Virus record (IMG/VR): IMGVR_UViG_3300025316_001101
DNA: 64,000 nt
From: a virus
Lineage: Duplodnaviria; Caudoviricetes
Strand: one strand, 5' to 3'
The notes below the pieces were generated by a model. It had not been told where the DNA came from. It ran no database searches and saw only the letters and a list, made by a program, of their open reading frames with translations. Shown here in pieces: positions 7,730 to 16,738 of this stretch; position 1 is the first letter of the stretch, and each line of letters begins with the position of its first letter. The position numbers were made by a program, and so were the translations under genes.

Positions 7730-8140
7730 CTATACGGGCGCATTCCCAATCGTAAGATGCAGATAATATTCAGGATGTCTTGAAAGACCCAATTCCATCC
7801 GAATGTCTAAGGCTCGTTCACATTGAACCGGTAACCAAAAATGTTTTCCGTTATCTTTTACTATTGGTTCATATGCAAATTCAATAGACTCACCATCATA
7901 TTTTTTCCATAAATTCTTTTTATGATCTAGCGGCTCTTCATTTCGTATGACCGAAACATGCTCTGCCCACGCTGGTCGAAGCAATTGATCACAATTAAAT
8001 GCCTGTAATTTATAAAGAGCACGATACAATTGACCAATACCGGGATCGGCATCTATTACCAACCACCAATTAACAGAACAGCCCTCACCTAAAAGCTGAG
8101 GGCTGTATCGAAAAATTCCAGATGACTTAATTATCGCCAT
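7730..8140 (-). CDS. 2H phosphoesterase-family protein
   Basis: Two Hx(S/T) motifs, EHVSV and LHLTI, about 67 aa apart; likely start ATG 8140. Confidence 0.65.
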   Translation of the reverse strand: MAIIKSSGIFRYSPQLLGEGCSVNWWLVIDADPGIGQLYRALYKLQAFNCDQLLRPAWAEHVSVIRNEEPLDHKKNLWKKYDGESIEFAYEPIVKDNGKHFWLPVQCERALDIRMELGLSRHPEYYLHLTIGNAPV

Positions 8141-8828
8141 GATGATAACCACGTTGACTCAATAAACCAAACCCTGTACGCTTAGCCATCATTGCTTTAA
8201 TCTCAGCAAATGTAAATGGCCGATAATCCCCAAGCAACTTGAACGCATTATCTACTCCCACGTCCAACGACCAGCGACCGGGCATAATCTCATCTAGCCA
8301 CTTTTCTGCATTTGAATGTGAGTGCCCATAAAGATTCCAGGCACCATGATGTCGCTTATCCCAAATGGCAAGAGCCTCATGATTCATTTGAATCTTTTGA
8401 CCTTGCACAACAGCCGTCGTCTTGTCCCAACATTTGCTGAACAAAACTCGTATTAAATTCCTAGCTGTTGAATCTTGCAATGGATCATGATTTCCCCAAA
8501 GCATCATCACATTCTTGCAATTGATCCTACGGCGATAGAAGGAATAGACTTTGAAAACATCATCATCCGTATCCCTCCTGCTACACATGTACCAATCACC
8601 CAGGAACCACAAGCGATCTTCTGGTTTTACTTGAGCGTTGATTTTGTCGATAAAATAGTCATTCATCCTATCTGAGGATTCACGACTAATTCGCAAATTT
8701 TGAATGTCTCGGTCTACCCCAGACTCCATTACTTTTCGTTCTTCCGGCGACATGAACATAAGCCGATGGCTATGCTTCAGAATATTTCCATGTCTGAAAT
8801 GCAAATCGCCAGTGAAATGATCTTCCAT
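8127..8828 (-). CDS. calcineurin-like metallophosphoesterase
   Basis: GDLH, LGDW, GNHD, GHSH motifs. Confidence 0.9.
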   Translation of the reverse strand: MEDHFTGDLHFRHGNILKHSHRLMFMSPEERKVMESGVDRDIQNLRISRESSDRMNDYFIDKINAQVKPEDRLWFLGDWYMCSRRDTDDDVFKVYSFYRRRINCKNVMMLWGNHDPLQDSTARNLIRVLFSKCWDKTTAVVQGQKIQMNHEALAIWDKRHHGAWNLYGHSHSNAEKWLDEIMPGRWSLDVGVDNAFKLLGDYRPFTFAEIKAMMAKRTGFGLLSQRGYHHGDN

Positions 8829-8838
8829 AATTACACCT

Positions 8839-8867
8839 ATTGTACCCCAGCAAACCAGGGTTGTAAA
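8839..8867 (-). promoter_or_regulatory. sigma70-type promoter TTTACA-N17-TACAAT
   Basis: attgta 8839-8844 and tgtaaa 8862-8867 on +. Confidence 0.55.
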
Positions 8868-9164
8868 CTACGCCCCCCTAATGGCGTCTTCTAATACTGC
8901 CTTCTTTTGAATACCTACAAATCGTTTCGTCTCACTTCCATTTTTGAAAACTATAAATGTGGGGATTGCACTGATGTTATGTTTGGCGGCAAGCTCGCTG
9001 TTTTCATCAATGTTTATTTTCGCCACATCAAATTCCTGAGATAGTTCTGCCATGACCGGAGACATGGCGTGACAAGGGCCACACCAAGGTGCCCACCAGT
9101 CTATCAGTACCGTTTTATTTGCTGTTTCGGCCGCAAAATTACCTTCATTTAATGACAATATCAT
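8868..9164 (-). CDS. trxA: thioredoxin
   Basis: WCGPC active site; KINID, IPT. Confidence 0.95.
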   Translation of the reverse strand: MILSLNEGNFAAETANKTVLIDWWAPWCGPCHAMSPVMAELSQEFDVAKINIDENSELAAKHNISAIPTFIVFKNGSETKRFVGIQKKAVLEDAIRGA

Positions 9165-9185
9165 AAATTTCTCCTTTTCATAAAA

Positions 9186-9758
9186 TTAGTAATGCACAAC
9201 TAAATCCGCTAGCCAATAGCAATAATCTCTTAAATATGGTCCCATTTCACAAATCCAAACTTCATACAAAGTAACAAAGTTTTTAGAAATGAAAACCAAA
9301 GATTCTTGCAATGCCATAAATCGCTCATCTACATTGAATGTAACATCTGTTGTATGGTTAAATTGGTTTTGGTATCCCTGTTGCTTTATTGCATCATCGC
9401 AACAATAAAGCAACATATCCCAAGCAGCAAGATGTGCCTTTTTTACACTAGAGGCTATCTGATTACCACTTAAACTTGCCGCCCATTTCATTATAAACGA
9501 TTCATATTCATCCCAATGAATAAACAAATCCTTAGATGTTGATTCAAACAAAGCCCGTCCACGATATCCATCGTGGACGGGCTTGACTGTCTTTATATGA
9601 TACGTCCCAGGATGAACCGATGGCAATTCCCAACGAATACTTAAAATTCTCCATGTAAAATCGTAGTCGGTTTTGAAAAATATCGCCCCACGATCTACAT
9701 GTCTGGCATATTGAACATTGATTCCATGCCTGTGAAAATACTCTTCACACAAATACAT
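9186..9758 (-). CDS. hypothetical protein
   Basis: 190-aa ORF whose start overlaps the upstream stop. Confidence 0.7.
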   Translation of the reverse strand: MYLCEEYFHRHGINVQYARHVDRGAIFFKTDYDFTWRILSIRWELPSVHPGTYHIKTVKPVHDGYRGRALFESTSKDLFIHWDEYESFIMKWAASLSGNQIASSVKKAHLAAWDMLLYCCDDAIKQQGYQNQFNHTTDVTFNVDERFMALQESLVFISKNFVTLYEVWICEMGPYLRDYCYWLADLVVHY

Positions 9759-10462
9759 CAGTTGTCAGATCCCTTGACTTCTGAAGGATGCTTTAGATCT
9801 AAATCCGGCGTAGGCACTACAATTGCTGGAGCCGAAAGCGTCTTCGCTGGAATTCGTTCTTCCAAAGCCTGCATTCTCGCCTGCAATTGATCAATTACTT
9901 GCATCTTCTTATCTACCATCTGTATCTTACTGTCTAATTCTTTGATCGCTTTCAGCAATTCATTATTATCAGACTGAATAACCTTAACATCAGTGGTTTT
10001 AATAGAAGCCGGTGACGTAGGCGTAGGAGGAACAAACACAGGCGTATTTGCAGTTTTTGTTGTAACAATTGTTTGCCTTGTAACCGCTACCATTCCGGCT
10101 TGATATTCAGCCATCTCTGCTTTGGTACGATATTTAATCGAACCATCAGATTCTAAAGCACATTCATTAAACGCAAACCCTTTTCCATAATCTAAAATGA
10201 TATGTGACACACGATTTTTATGGTCACGATAAATGGTGGGTCTCGGCAAAATGCCGTTAAGTACAGGGGTCTTAACCTTATAATCACTAGCAAACTGACA
10301 TGCCACGTATTCTTTAGACGTAACACCTGCGCAACTTTTGTATTCTACAGTCACAGTTGGAGGTTGATTATCTGCAACATAATTCCAACCAGAATCGTCA
10401 ACACAATAGTTACCATTACATTGCCCCACAAGGGCAAAAACAACCAATAATTGTCCTAACAT
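9758..10462 (-). CDS. hypothetical secreted protein
   Basis: Signal-like N-terminus, Pro/Thr linker, coiled coil. Confidence 0.7.
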   Translation of the reverse strand: MLGQLLVVFALVGQCNGNYCVDDSGWNYVADNQPPTVTVEYKSCAGVTSKEYVACQFASDYKVKTPVLNGILPRPTIYRDHKNRVSHIILDYGKGFAFNECALESDGSIKYRTKAEMAEYQAGMVAVTRQTIVTTKTANTPVFVPPTPTSPASIKTTDVKVIQSDNNELLKAIKELDSKIQMVDKKMQVIDQLQARMQALEERIPAKTLSAPAIVVPTPDLDLKHPSEVKGSDN

Positions 10463-10770
10463 TACAGTTCTCTCCCTTTGTAAAAGTTAAAACGGTCAGA
10501 CAACGACAAGTCATCACTTCCTTTCCAGCGATGTGAAGCTTCATCCCATGCAACAGGGTACTCCGCTGGAAATGTTTCTAAAATGGTAAACAAGGCAGCC
10601 ACGCTTTCTGCTCGCTCCACAGATCTATGAAACGCTAACGGGTGCATTGTCGGAAATAAAACACGTAATTTTTCTATGTTTTCTTGATCAATCATTATAT
10701 TCGGGCGGCAGTTTTTTCTGATTTTCTGCCAGTTGCCGCATCTTCTTGCTAACAATGCGACCCGCTTCAA
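10462..10770 (-). CDS. hypothetical protein
   Basis: ORF tiling; true start probably internal (MIDQE). Confidence 0.6.
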   Translation of the reverse strand: MKRVALLARRCGNWQKIRKNCRPNIMIDQENIEKLRVLFPTMHPLAFHRSVERAESVAALFTILETFPAEYPVAWDEASHRWKGSDDLSLSDRFNFYKGREL

Positions 10771-11005
10771 ATCTATTGTACAGCCAACACACTAAAACGC
10801 TTCCCAAGATTCCCATCACCAATCCTGATCGTGCAAGGAACTCGCCTCGACCCAACAGGAATTGTATGAATCCTCCAACATAGAATCCCGCTATGCCAAT
10901 CAAAATGGTTGGCAAACAACCTTGTGCTTCAGGCACCTTTATTACTGCCTTGGCAACTAATCCCACTATCATCGCACATGCTACAAAAAAAATCAACCAC
11001 AACAT
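10688..11005 (-). CDS. GlsB/YeaQ/YmgE-family membrane protein
   Basis: IVGLVAKAV...GCLPTILIGIAG-YVGG pattern, three TM segments. Confidence 0.8.
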   Translation of the reverse strand: MLWLIFFVACAMIVGLVAKAVIKVPEAQGCLPTILIGIAGFYVGGFIQFLLGRGEFLARSGLVMGILGSVLVCWLYNRFEAGRIVSKKMRQLAENQKKLPPEYND

Positions 11006-11895
11006 TATTTTCTCCTTGCTTCTACAGGTTGGTAAGCCGGTACTATCTCTAAATAATGATCCGGCGTCTTATTGGTAATAACATCATTCGACAAATTAGT
11101 CATATATCGCTTGAACACAATATCGAAACTTGCATAATTTTCAAAACCCAAAACATCACGTAATGCCCCATCGGAACCTCCAGCCATCAACAATTTATGA
11201 AAATTTTTCTGGCCAAACTCCTTGCGAAGCATCAAACAAACAATGGCTGCCTCTGTATCAAATAACTCCTTGGTAGCAGCGTCATACTTTTCGAACTTCA
11301 CTCGATCCATCGTAAAAATTGTTTTACTAAAAAACATCTTGTTGTCTTTAGCAATCCTGCTGGATAATGTAGAAAAACGGGCTCTTATTTGTGGCAAAGT
11401 CATGTTTAACACTGCCATTCCACGATATGCCCACAATCCAAATTTCACATTGTTCATTCGTTCAAAATCTGCCAAAGAAAATCGCAACAATGCTGCCGGT
11501 AACGACTCGGCAGCATTGCCATCTAACAGCAACCACACAACCCTATTCTTTTCTCTACCTGCTTGATCTAACTGTATTTCAATATGCGTATCATTTAATT
11601 GAAAGAGCTTCTGCATTAACTCTTTGTCAGGAACAACTTGAATACGACATTCTGTTTGATAAGAGTAATCAGGCAGCCCCCAACGACTAATGGACCACTG
11701 CTTGATTCTTGGAAGATCCCTTCGTAGAAATTCTCCTTGACGACGATCAAGGCTTAAAATCACAAAATTGTCTACCGTATATCGATTCCAAGTTTTCCCT
11801 GCGATTGCGGGATCAATAGAAGATTGTTGTGCTTCTAGCGGCATCGCCGCTAGAAGCACAACCACGAATACAAACTTTTTCAATAAATTTGCCAT
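11005..11895 (-). CDS. hypothetical exported protein
   Basis: Signal peptide ending in LEA; 296 aa. Confidence 0.75.
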   Translation of the reverse strand: MANLLKKFVFVVVLLAAMPLEAQQSSIDPAIAGKTWNRYTVDNFVILSLDRRQGEFLRRDLPRIKQWSISRWGLPDYSYQTECRIQVVPDKELMQKLFQLNDTHIEIQLDQAGREKNRVVWLLLDGNAAESLPAALLRFSLADFERMNNVKFGLWAYRGMAVLNMTLPQIRARFSTLSSRIAKDNKMFFSKTIFTMDRVKFEKYDAATKELFDTEAAIVCLMLRKEFGQKNFHKLLMAGGSDGALRDVLGFENYASFDIVFKRYMTNLSNDVITNKTPDHYLEIVPAYQPVEARRK

Positions 11896-11905
11896 CAGCC
11901 AAACC

Positions 11906-12397
11906 TTACGCTGCTAAATCGCATAGCGAGGCAGTATTCTCCTCTTTCGTTATCTTATCAGAAGAACAGTCGATTTGAAACCCCAAATATTCGCCCTGTT
12001 TTTCAACCGTATCTGCAAGACAGAAACCACTATCATTTAACGGTCTGTCTAACGATATGGGTGTAAAATAGTGATCACGTGCCCCCCAACTTGCCTCTCG
12101 GAGGTAGTCGATAATGGCACCATTGATTTTAATGATTGCATAAGCCTTAAAGCTTTCTAGACAGCCATTAAATTTATTGGCTGCATCTACTAAGCCCAAA
12201 TACGCCGCTGAAATCAATTCATCAGGCTGCACACTTCGGGGAACGCTTCTGCTCTTATGCAGAGCAATTCGTTCAGCTAATTTCATGTGTTCGTAAATCA
12301 GTTCGTCTCGTTCTTCAAGTAATGAAGTTCCCATAGTAAATCTCCTTTTGTAATAGTGATTATGGTAAACATTATTCGTATATTTCGTTAAGTACAT
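11906..12397 (-). CDS. FliA/WhiG-like sigma factor lacking region 4
   Basis: RDELI-EH--LAERIA...DELISAAYLGLVDAANKF...YA--KI-GAIIDYLR, then SLD; ends before any region-4 HTH. Confidence 0.75.
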   Translation of the reverse strand: MYLTKYTNNVYHNHYYKRRFTMGTSLLEERDELIYEHMKLAERIALHKSRSVPRSVQPDELISAAYLGLVDAANKFNGCLESFKAYAIIKINGAIIDYLREASWGARDHYFTPISLDRPLNDSGFCLADTVEKQGEYLGFQIDCSSDKITKEENTASLCDLAA

Positions 12398-12470
12398 ATC
12401 GTCAGACTATCGTTAAAATAGTTATACTATTTACACATTCTAACACACATTTTAGACGTTGCCAATGCCG

Positions 12471-12677
12471 TTATCTTTCTGCATTAGGATCAATTAAACC
12501 AGATGTCGGTCGCATAGCCACTTGCCTCATAAGAGCCGACATACTATCTTTAAGAACCTCAACGTCAAGTTGTGTTTCTTTTGACAAATTTGCCTGTTTT
12601 ACCAAGAAATTAGACATGGTGATGCAAAATGCCAAATTGATTAGCCCTACTATTAATATCACAATCTCAATAACCAT
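12471..12677 (-). CDS. small membrane protein
   Basis: N-terminal TM helix followed by coiled coil; SD upstream. Confidence 0.6.
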   Translation of the reverse strand: MVIEIVILIVGLINLAFCITMSNFLVKQANLSKETQLDVEVLKDSMSALMRQVAMRPTSGLIDPNAER

Positions 12678-12689
12678 ATACCATCCTTT

Positions 12690-13928
12690 CTAATACGATG
12701 CTGGAAAAATTGAATTAAATTCTACGCTTTTACTTGTTGTGTTTATCTTCACCTCTGCAATGTTCAATCTCAGCATGGGATTTGCTCTCCAAGCGGAATT
12801 AAACAGTCCTATTTCATCATAAATGATACTATAATCTACCACTAACTCACCAGCATTCATAGTGGCAAATCCTGTCAAGGTATTTACGCTAAAAGCCACA
12901 TCTGGTGTGACGCCCGCACAAACGGTGCCTTGCGGTGTAGCCAATATGATCTTAGAATGCTTGGATTCACCAGAAGTAACGCTTTTTTTCATAATTTGTA
13001 TGGTTAATTTCCATATCTTCTGACCCAATAACGCTCCTTCTAATTCATTAGTGTTTTGAAATTGGAATGTCCAAGTCCAAGTTTCTCTACCTCCTGTAGA
13101 AGATAGCCCATCCATATGAACCGTACTCTGCCATTGATTGGTAGAGGTTGTGTACAACATGTTTATTGGTTCGGTAAAGTTTATAGAGTTCTTCAACGCA
13201 AACTGCCTAAATATGTTTGTGCTATCGAAATTATGATCCATAGCCAACCTCAAAGGCCAATTATAATTATTGCAGTCACTTACGCCTCGCACCGTTTCTG
13301 TATTAATACTAAGAGGTGGAATTGTGCTATCGTCCCAGGTATCAATATCGGTAATATACTTCCAATCCCATGTTGGCAATGTAAGCCATGAGATGTCTGT
13401 AGCCTCTACGTCTGTAGTAATAGACTGTACATCAAATGATTGCGATTCAACATATGGATTGTTGATCGCTTGAAATGCACGATCTGTTAATCGCAATGCC
13501 ATTGAAGGAGCAGAAGGAACAAACTGCGCACATTCTGGAATGGATTCAAAATCCTGTTCTTCCAACTGCGTACAGCCAGACATTTTGCCACCCATATCTG
13601 ACAGTCTTTCTGTCAAATTATATTTCCTAATAGATTTAATCGCCCAAGTACCTAATGCGGGCACATAAAATGGTGGTTGTGGAGATTGCAGTAATTCACA
13701 TAAATGTGCCACACTTTTAGCTGGAATGACTTGCACATACTTTGCTCCGCAATTCAATGGCTGCCCTTGGATGGTTCCCTTACAACCACTGCACGACGGA
13801 TCTCCGGTGTCCAATCCTGTAGCGCACGATGGTGGCGTACATATACCTTCGATACGATACCAAGATCGCTTTTCACTTTCGATCTCCCAATCTAAATCAA
13901 CAGTTTGTTCTACCGAATAATCTGCCAT
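12690..13928 (-). CDS. hypothetical protein (possibly virion-associated)
   Basis: 412-aa ORF, Cys-containing N-terminus, beta-rich; no recognised motif. Confidence 0.7.
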   Translation of the reverse strand: MADYSVEQTVDLDWEIESEKRSWYRIEGICTPPSCATGLDTGDPSCSGCKGTIQGQPLNCGAKYVQVIPAKSVAHLCELLQSPQPPFYVPALGTWAIKSIRKYNLTERLSDMGGKMSGCTQLEEQDFESIPECAQFVPSAPSMALRLTDRAFQAINNPYVESQSFDVQSITTDVEATDISWLTLPTWDWKYITDIDTWDDSTIPPLSINTETVRGVSDCNNYNWPLRLAMDHNFDSTNIFRQFALKNSINFTEPINMLYTTSTNQWQSTVHMDGLSSTGGRETWTWTFQFQNTNELEGALLGQKIWKLTIQIMKKSVTSGESKHSKIILATPQGTVCAGVTPDVAFSVNTLTGFATMNAGELVVDYSIIYDEIGLFNSAWRANPMLRLNIAEVKINTTSKSVEFNSIFPASY

Positions 13929-13933
13929 CAGTG

Positions 13934-14605
13934 TTATTCCTCTAATCGCTCCAAAATAGCTGCTACCATAGGATGCCTAACGATAGAATCGCTACCAAAT
14001 TTAACTACTGCTAAACCCTGCACGCTTTCTAGACGAGCAATAACATCAATCAATTCTACATCTCGCAAATCGCTTTGTTTAATGTCTCCATTAACGATCA
14101 TCTTAGTGTTCTTGCCCATACGAGTCAAAAACAGCTTAATTTGCTTTTTAGAAGCATTTTGAGCCTCATCTAAAATACACACAGCATCGTTGAATGTTCT
14201 ACCTCTCATATAAGCAAGAGGAGCAATTTCAATTACACGATTAATAATTTCACGCTGCGGTGTGCCTTCTCCTATCATTCTCCCCATACAATCTACCAAT
14301 GGCATCAAGTATGGATTCACCTTTGCCTCCAAGTCTCCTGGCAAATAACCCAAACTCTCTCCCGCCTCTACTACAGGTCTAGTGAGAACAATTTTCTTCT
14401 TAGTCCGCTGCAATATCTCATAAATGGCAAATGCCATCGACAAGTGGGTTTTTGCTGTCCCAGCCGGTCCTGTCAAAAACAACACATCATGTTGTTGATA
14501 GGCCGCATACGCCAATTGTTGAGACGTATTCATAAATTCAATATGGAACTTATTGGGGGGTGGGGCAGTGGATGTAGAACTCTTAACTCGTTTGGTTTTA
14601 TTCAT
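13934..14605 (-). CDS. phoH: PhoH-family ATPase
   Basis: GPAGTAKT, LTRPVVEAGE-LGYLPGD, AYMRGRTF, DEAQN, LTR-G; start moved to ATG 14605 with GGAGG SD. Confidence 0.95.
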   Translation of the reverse strand: MNKTKRVKSSTSTAPPPNKFHIEFMNTSQQLAYAAYQQHDVLFLTGPAGTAKTHLSMAFAIYEILQRTKKKIVLTRPVVEAGESLGYLPGDLEAKVNPYLMPLVDCMGRMIGEGTPQREIINRVIEIAPLAYMRGRTFNDAVCILDEAQNASKKQIKLFLTRMGKNTKMIVNGDIKQSDLRDVELIDVIARLESVQGLAVVKFGSDSIVRHPMVAAILERLEE

Positions 14606-14663
14606 AATGGTATTTATCCTCCTCAATATAAAAGAAACTAACTTCAGAAATGCTAAATAAAGC

Positions 14664-15152
14664 ATGCGATTTACAGAGTGGCTAATATTGGAGAAATATA
14701 TGACGGATGAATCGGCCTTTTGCGGATATTGCAAAAAGCCACTCGTAGCCAATGTTATTAGCATAAACCCCAATGAAAAATCACCAGGGCAATTAATGCA
14801 ATGTAGTTGCAAAAAATCTAAAATATGGACCAATAGAATTCGTAATGTAGATAACCTTTTAAGATTTGCATCTGGACAAATGCCTAAATACACTAATGGC
14901 TTTTGCAATGATAAATGGTGTGCGTACTGCTTTACATGGCCCGCATCTATAGATTGTGTAAAGACTGGCATACCCAAGGCTGTTCTTAAACATCGACGAG
15001 ATTTAGATCAATACGCATGTAGAAACTGCGACCAAAACAACTTACTGTACATGGATACGTCATTAGAGGGTAGTGAGTTAGACACTAAACCGATACTTGA
15101 TTGGTATAAAAATCACCTAATAGAACTAAAACGAGTGCTTGGTCAAACCTGA
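14664..15152 (+). CDS. Cys-rich zinc-binding protein with capsid-targeting-like N-terminus
   Basis: MRFTEWLILE start; several CxxC motifs; TAAATA 4 nt upstream. Confidence 0.7.
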   Translation: MRFTEWLILEKYMTDESAFCGYCKKPLVANVISINPNEKSPGQLMQCSCKKSKIWTNRIRNVDNLLRFASGQMPKYTNGFCNDKWCAYCFTWPASIDCVKTGIPKAVLKHRRDLDQYACRNCDQNNLLYMDTSLEGSELDTKPILDWYKNHLIELKRVLGQT

Positions 15153-15160
15153 GGTATAAC

Positions 15161-15595
15161 ATGGATTTCAAAAATTTCTTATTAACTGAAGGTTATGAAC
15201 AAGACCTCAAGAAAACATTGGCAAAAATTCCTAAAAAACATAAGGCTCTCATCCGAGGTTATAAATTCAAATTCCAACCTGGGAATGAACTCAAAGGTGA
15301 ACACGACAGTATTGGTCTAATCAATCGAAATACAAAAGTAGTAACCGTAGCAGCCCCGTGGAACTATGGTCGTGAATATACCGTTCTACATGAAATTGCA
15401 CATCTAATTTGGGAAACCCTGAATGAAAAACAGCAAACAAGGTGGCGAGAAATTGTAAAGAAACATCCTAGTGAAGATAAGCCAAGACAATCGAACGAAG
15501 AATATTTTGCTATGGCATATGCCTCAGCCTATGCCCATAATCAAATTAAGAAGTTCTGTATACCTGCGTGGCACAAGTTTATTCAAGGCTTGTAA
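15161..15595 (+). CDS. zincin-like metallopeptidase with capsid-targeting-like N-terminus
   Basis: MDFKNFLLTE start; LHEIAH (HExxH) and downstream EEYFA. Confidence 0.75.
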   Translation: MDFKNFLLTEGYEQDLKKTLAKIPKKHKALIRGYKFKFQPGNELKGEHDSIGLINRNTKVVTVAAPWNYGREYTVLHEIAHLIWETLNEKQQTRWREIVKKHPSEDKPRQSNEEYFAMAYASAYAHNQIKKFCIPAWHKFIQGL

Positions 15596-16632
15596 TAGTA
15601 TAAATACCCCAGCCAGCTTTCGTCCGCATCTGAGTTCCATTCTTTTAGATGCTTTTTACAAGTATATCTCATCAACCGACCCATCCAACTAGTGGTAAAA
15701 TGCAATGCTTTAGCAATCTCTTCAGATGAGTTGGCACCAACTTGATATAATTGAGGCAACCAATCAATATCTTGCCCTCCAATAAAGGGTACATCATTAT
15801 CCACAAAATCAGCAGCTACAATATTGAATGATTCGCTATAACTGACTTGCATGCCTATATCCATTGTCCTCACAAGATGTACAAAATCATGATGTGGCAT
15901 CCAAGGATGTAGGATAAGTTCATGCTTATCTTGTCCTTCAAAAAACGCATCAACATTCTTAAATACCTGTTGTCCATTTTGTTCACATCGATTGCCATTC
16001 ATGTGAAACATTAAATTCTTTCCAAGGCTATTGGCATATTTAACAGCAGCAATTGCTTGTATCAATTGATTTTTCATTGGTCTAATAGCCCCAAAACACC
16101 CTATATCAATTGAATTATCTCCATGTTTCTTCTGAGTGTAATATCGATGATAAACAGGTGGACAGTACACGTTTGGAAGATAAACCGTTCGAACACCCAA
16201 AGTATCAGCAAGATCCACTGTTATTTCTTCTGCGTTGGGAGCAATAATCAAATTGTTAAACACTTCTTGCAACTCTTTGTATTGTAACAACCACTTGAAA
16301 GCAATACCCTCGTTAGCAAGAAATGGAACTTTACTGTGAAGTCTAATAGCCCACTGTCTATTCTGATGCCTCTTGAGATTCATTAATTCATATATCTTAG
16401 CTGGCGTTACCCATATTGCCTCTATGAATACATGCGTAGGATCATACTCAGTCACAAGTTTATCAATACAATTACCATCAACAGCCCTAGCAACACTAGC
16501 AGTGATATGATTTTTGCGTAACGCATTAGCCATAAATTCTGCCGAATTCATTAGACCGTATGATGGATTATAACAATCGTAAAAATCATTACGTAGCTTG
16601 CATATAAATAATACCTTTAATTTAGGAGACAT
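15583..16632 (-). CDS. GT-B (GT4-like) glycosyltransferase
   Basis: GCFGAIRPMKN, SYSESFNIVAADF. Confidence 0.7.
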   Translation of the reverse strand: MSPKLKVLFICKLRNDFYDCYNPSYGLMNSAEFMANALRKNHITASVARAVDGNCIDKLVTEYDPTHVFIEAIWVTPAKIYELMNLKRHQNRQWAIRLHSKVPFLANEGIAFKWLLQYKELQEVFNNLIIAPNAEEITVDLADTLGVRTVYLPNVYCPPVYHRYYTQKKHGDNSIDIGCFGAIRPMKNQLIQAIAAVKYANSLGKNLMFHMNGNRCEQNGQQVFKNVDAFFEGQDKHELILHPWMPHHDFVHLVRTMDIGMQVSYSESFNIVAADFVDNDVPFIGGQDIDWLPQLYQVGANSSEEIAKALHFTTSWMGRLMRYTCKKHLKEWNSDADESWLGYLYYYKP

Positions 16633-16738
16633 GATATCCTCGCATGTGTTGACGTGGAAGGCCCAACAAACTAACGAACCTTACCCTATATATTCATGTC
16701 TAAGAAATAACTATCCAAACTAGGAGTTCTATAGTACA

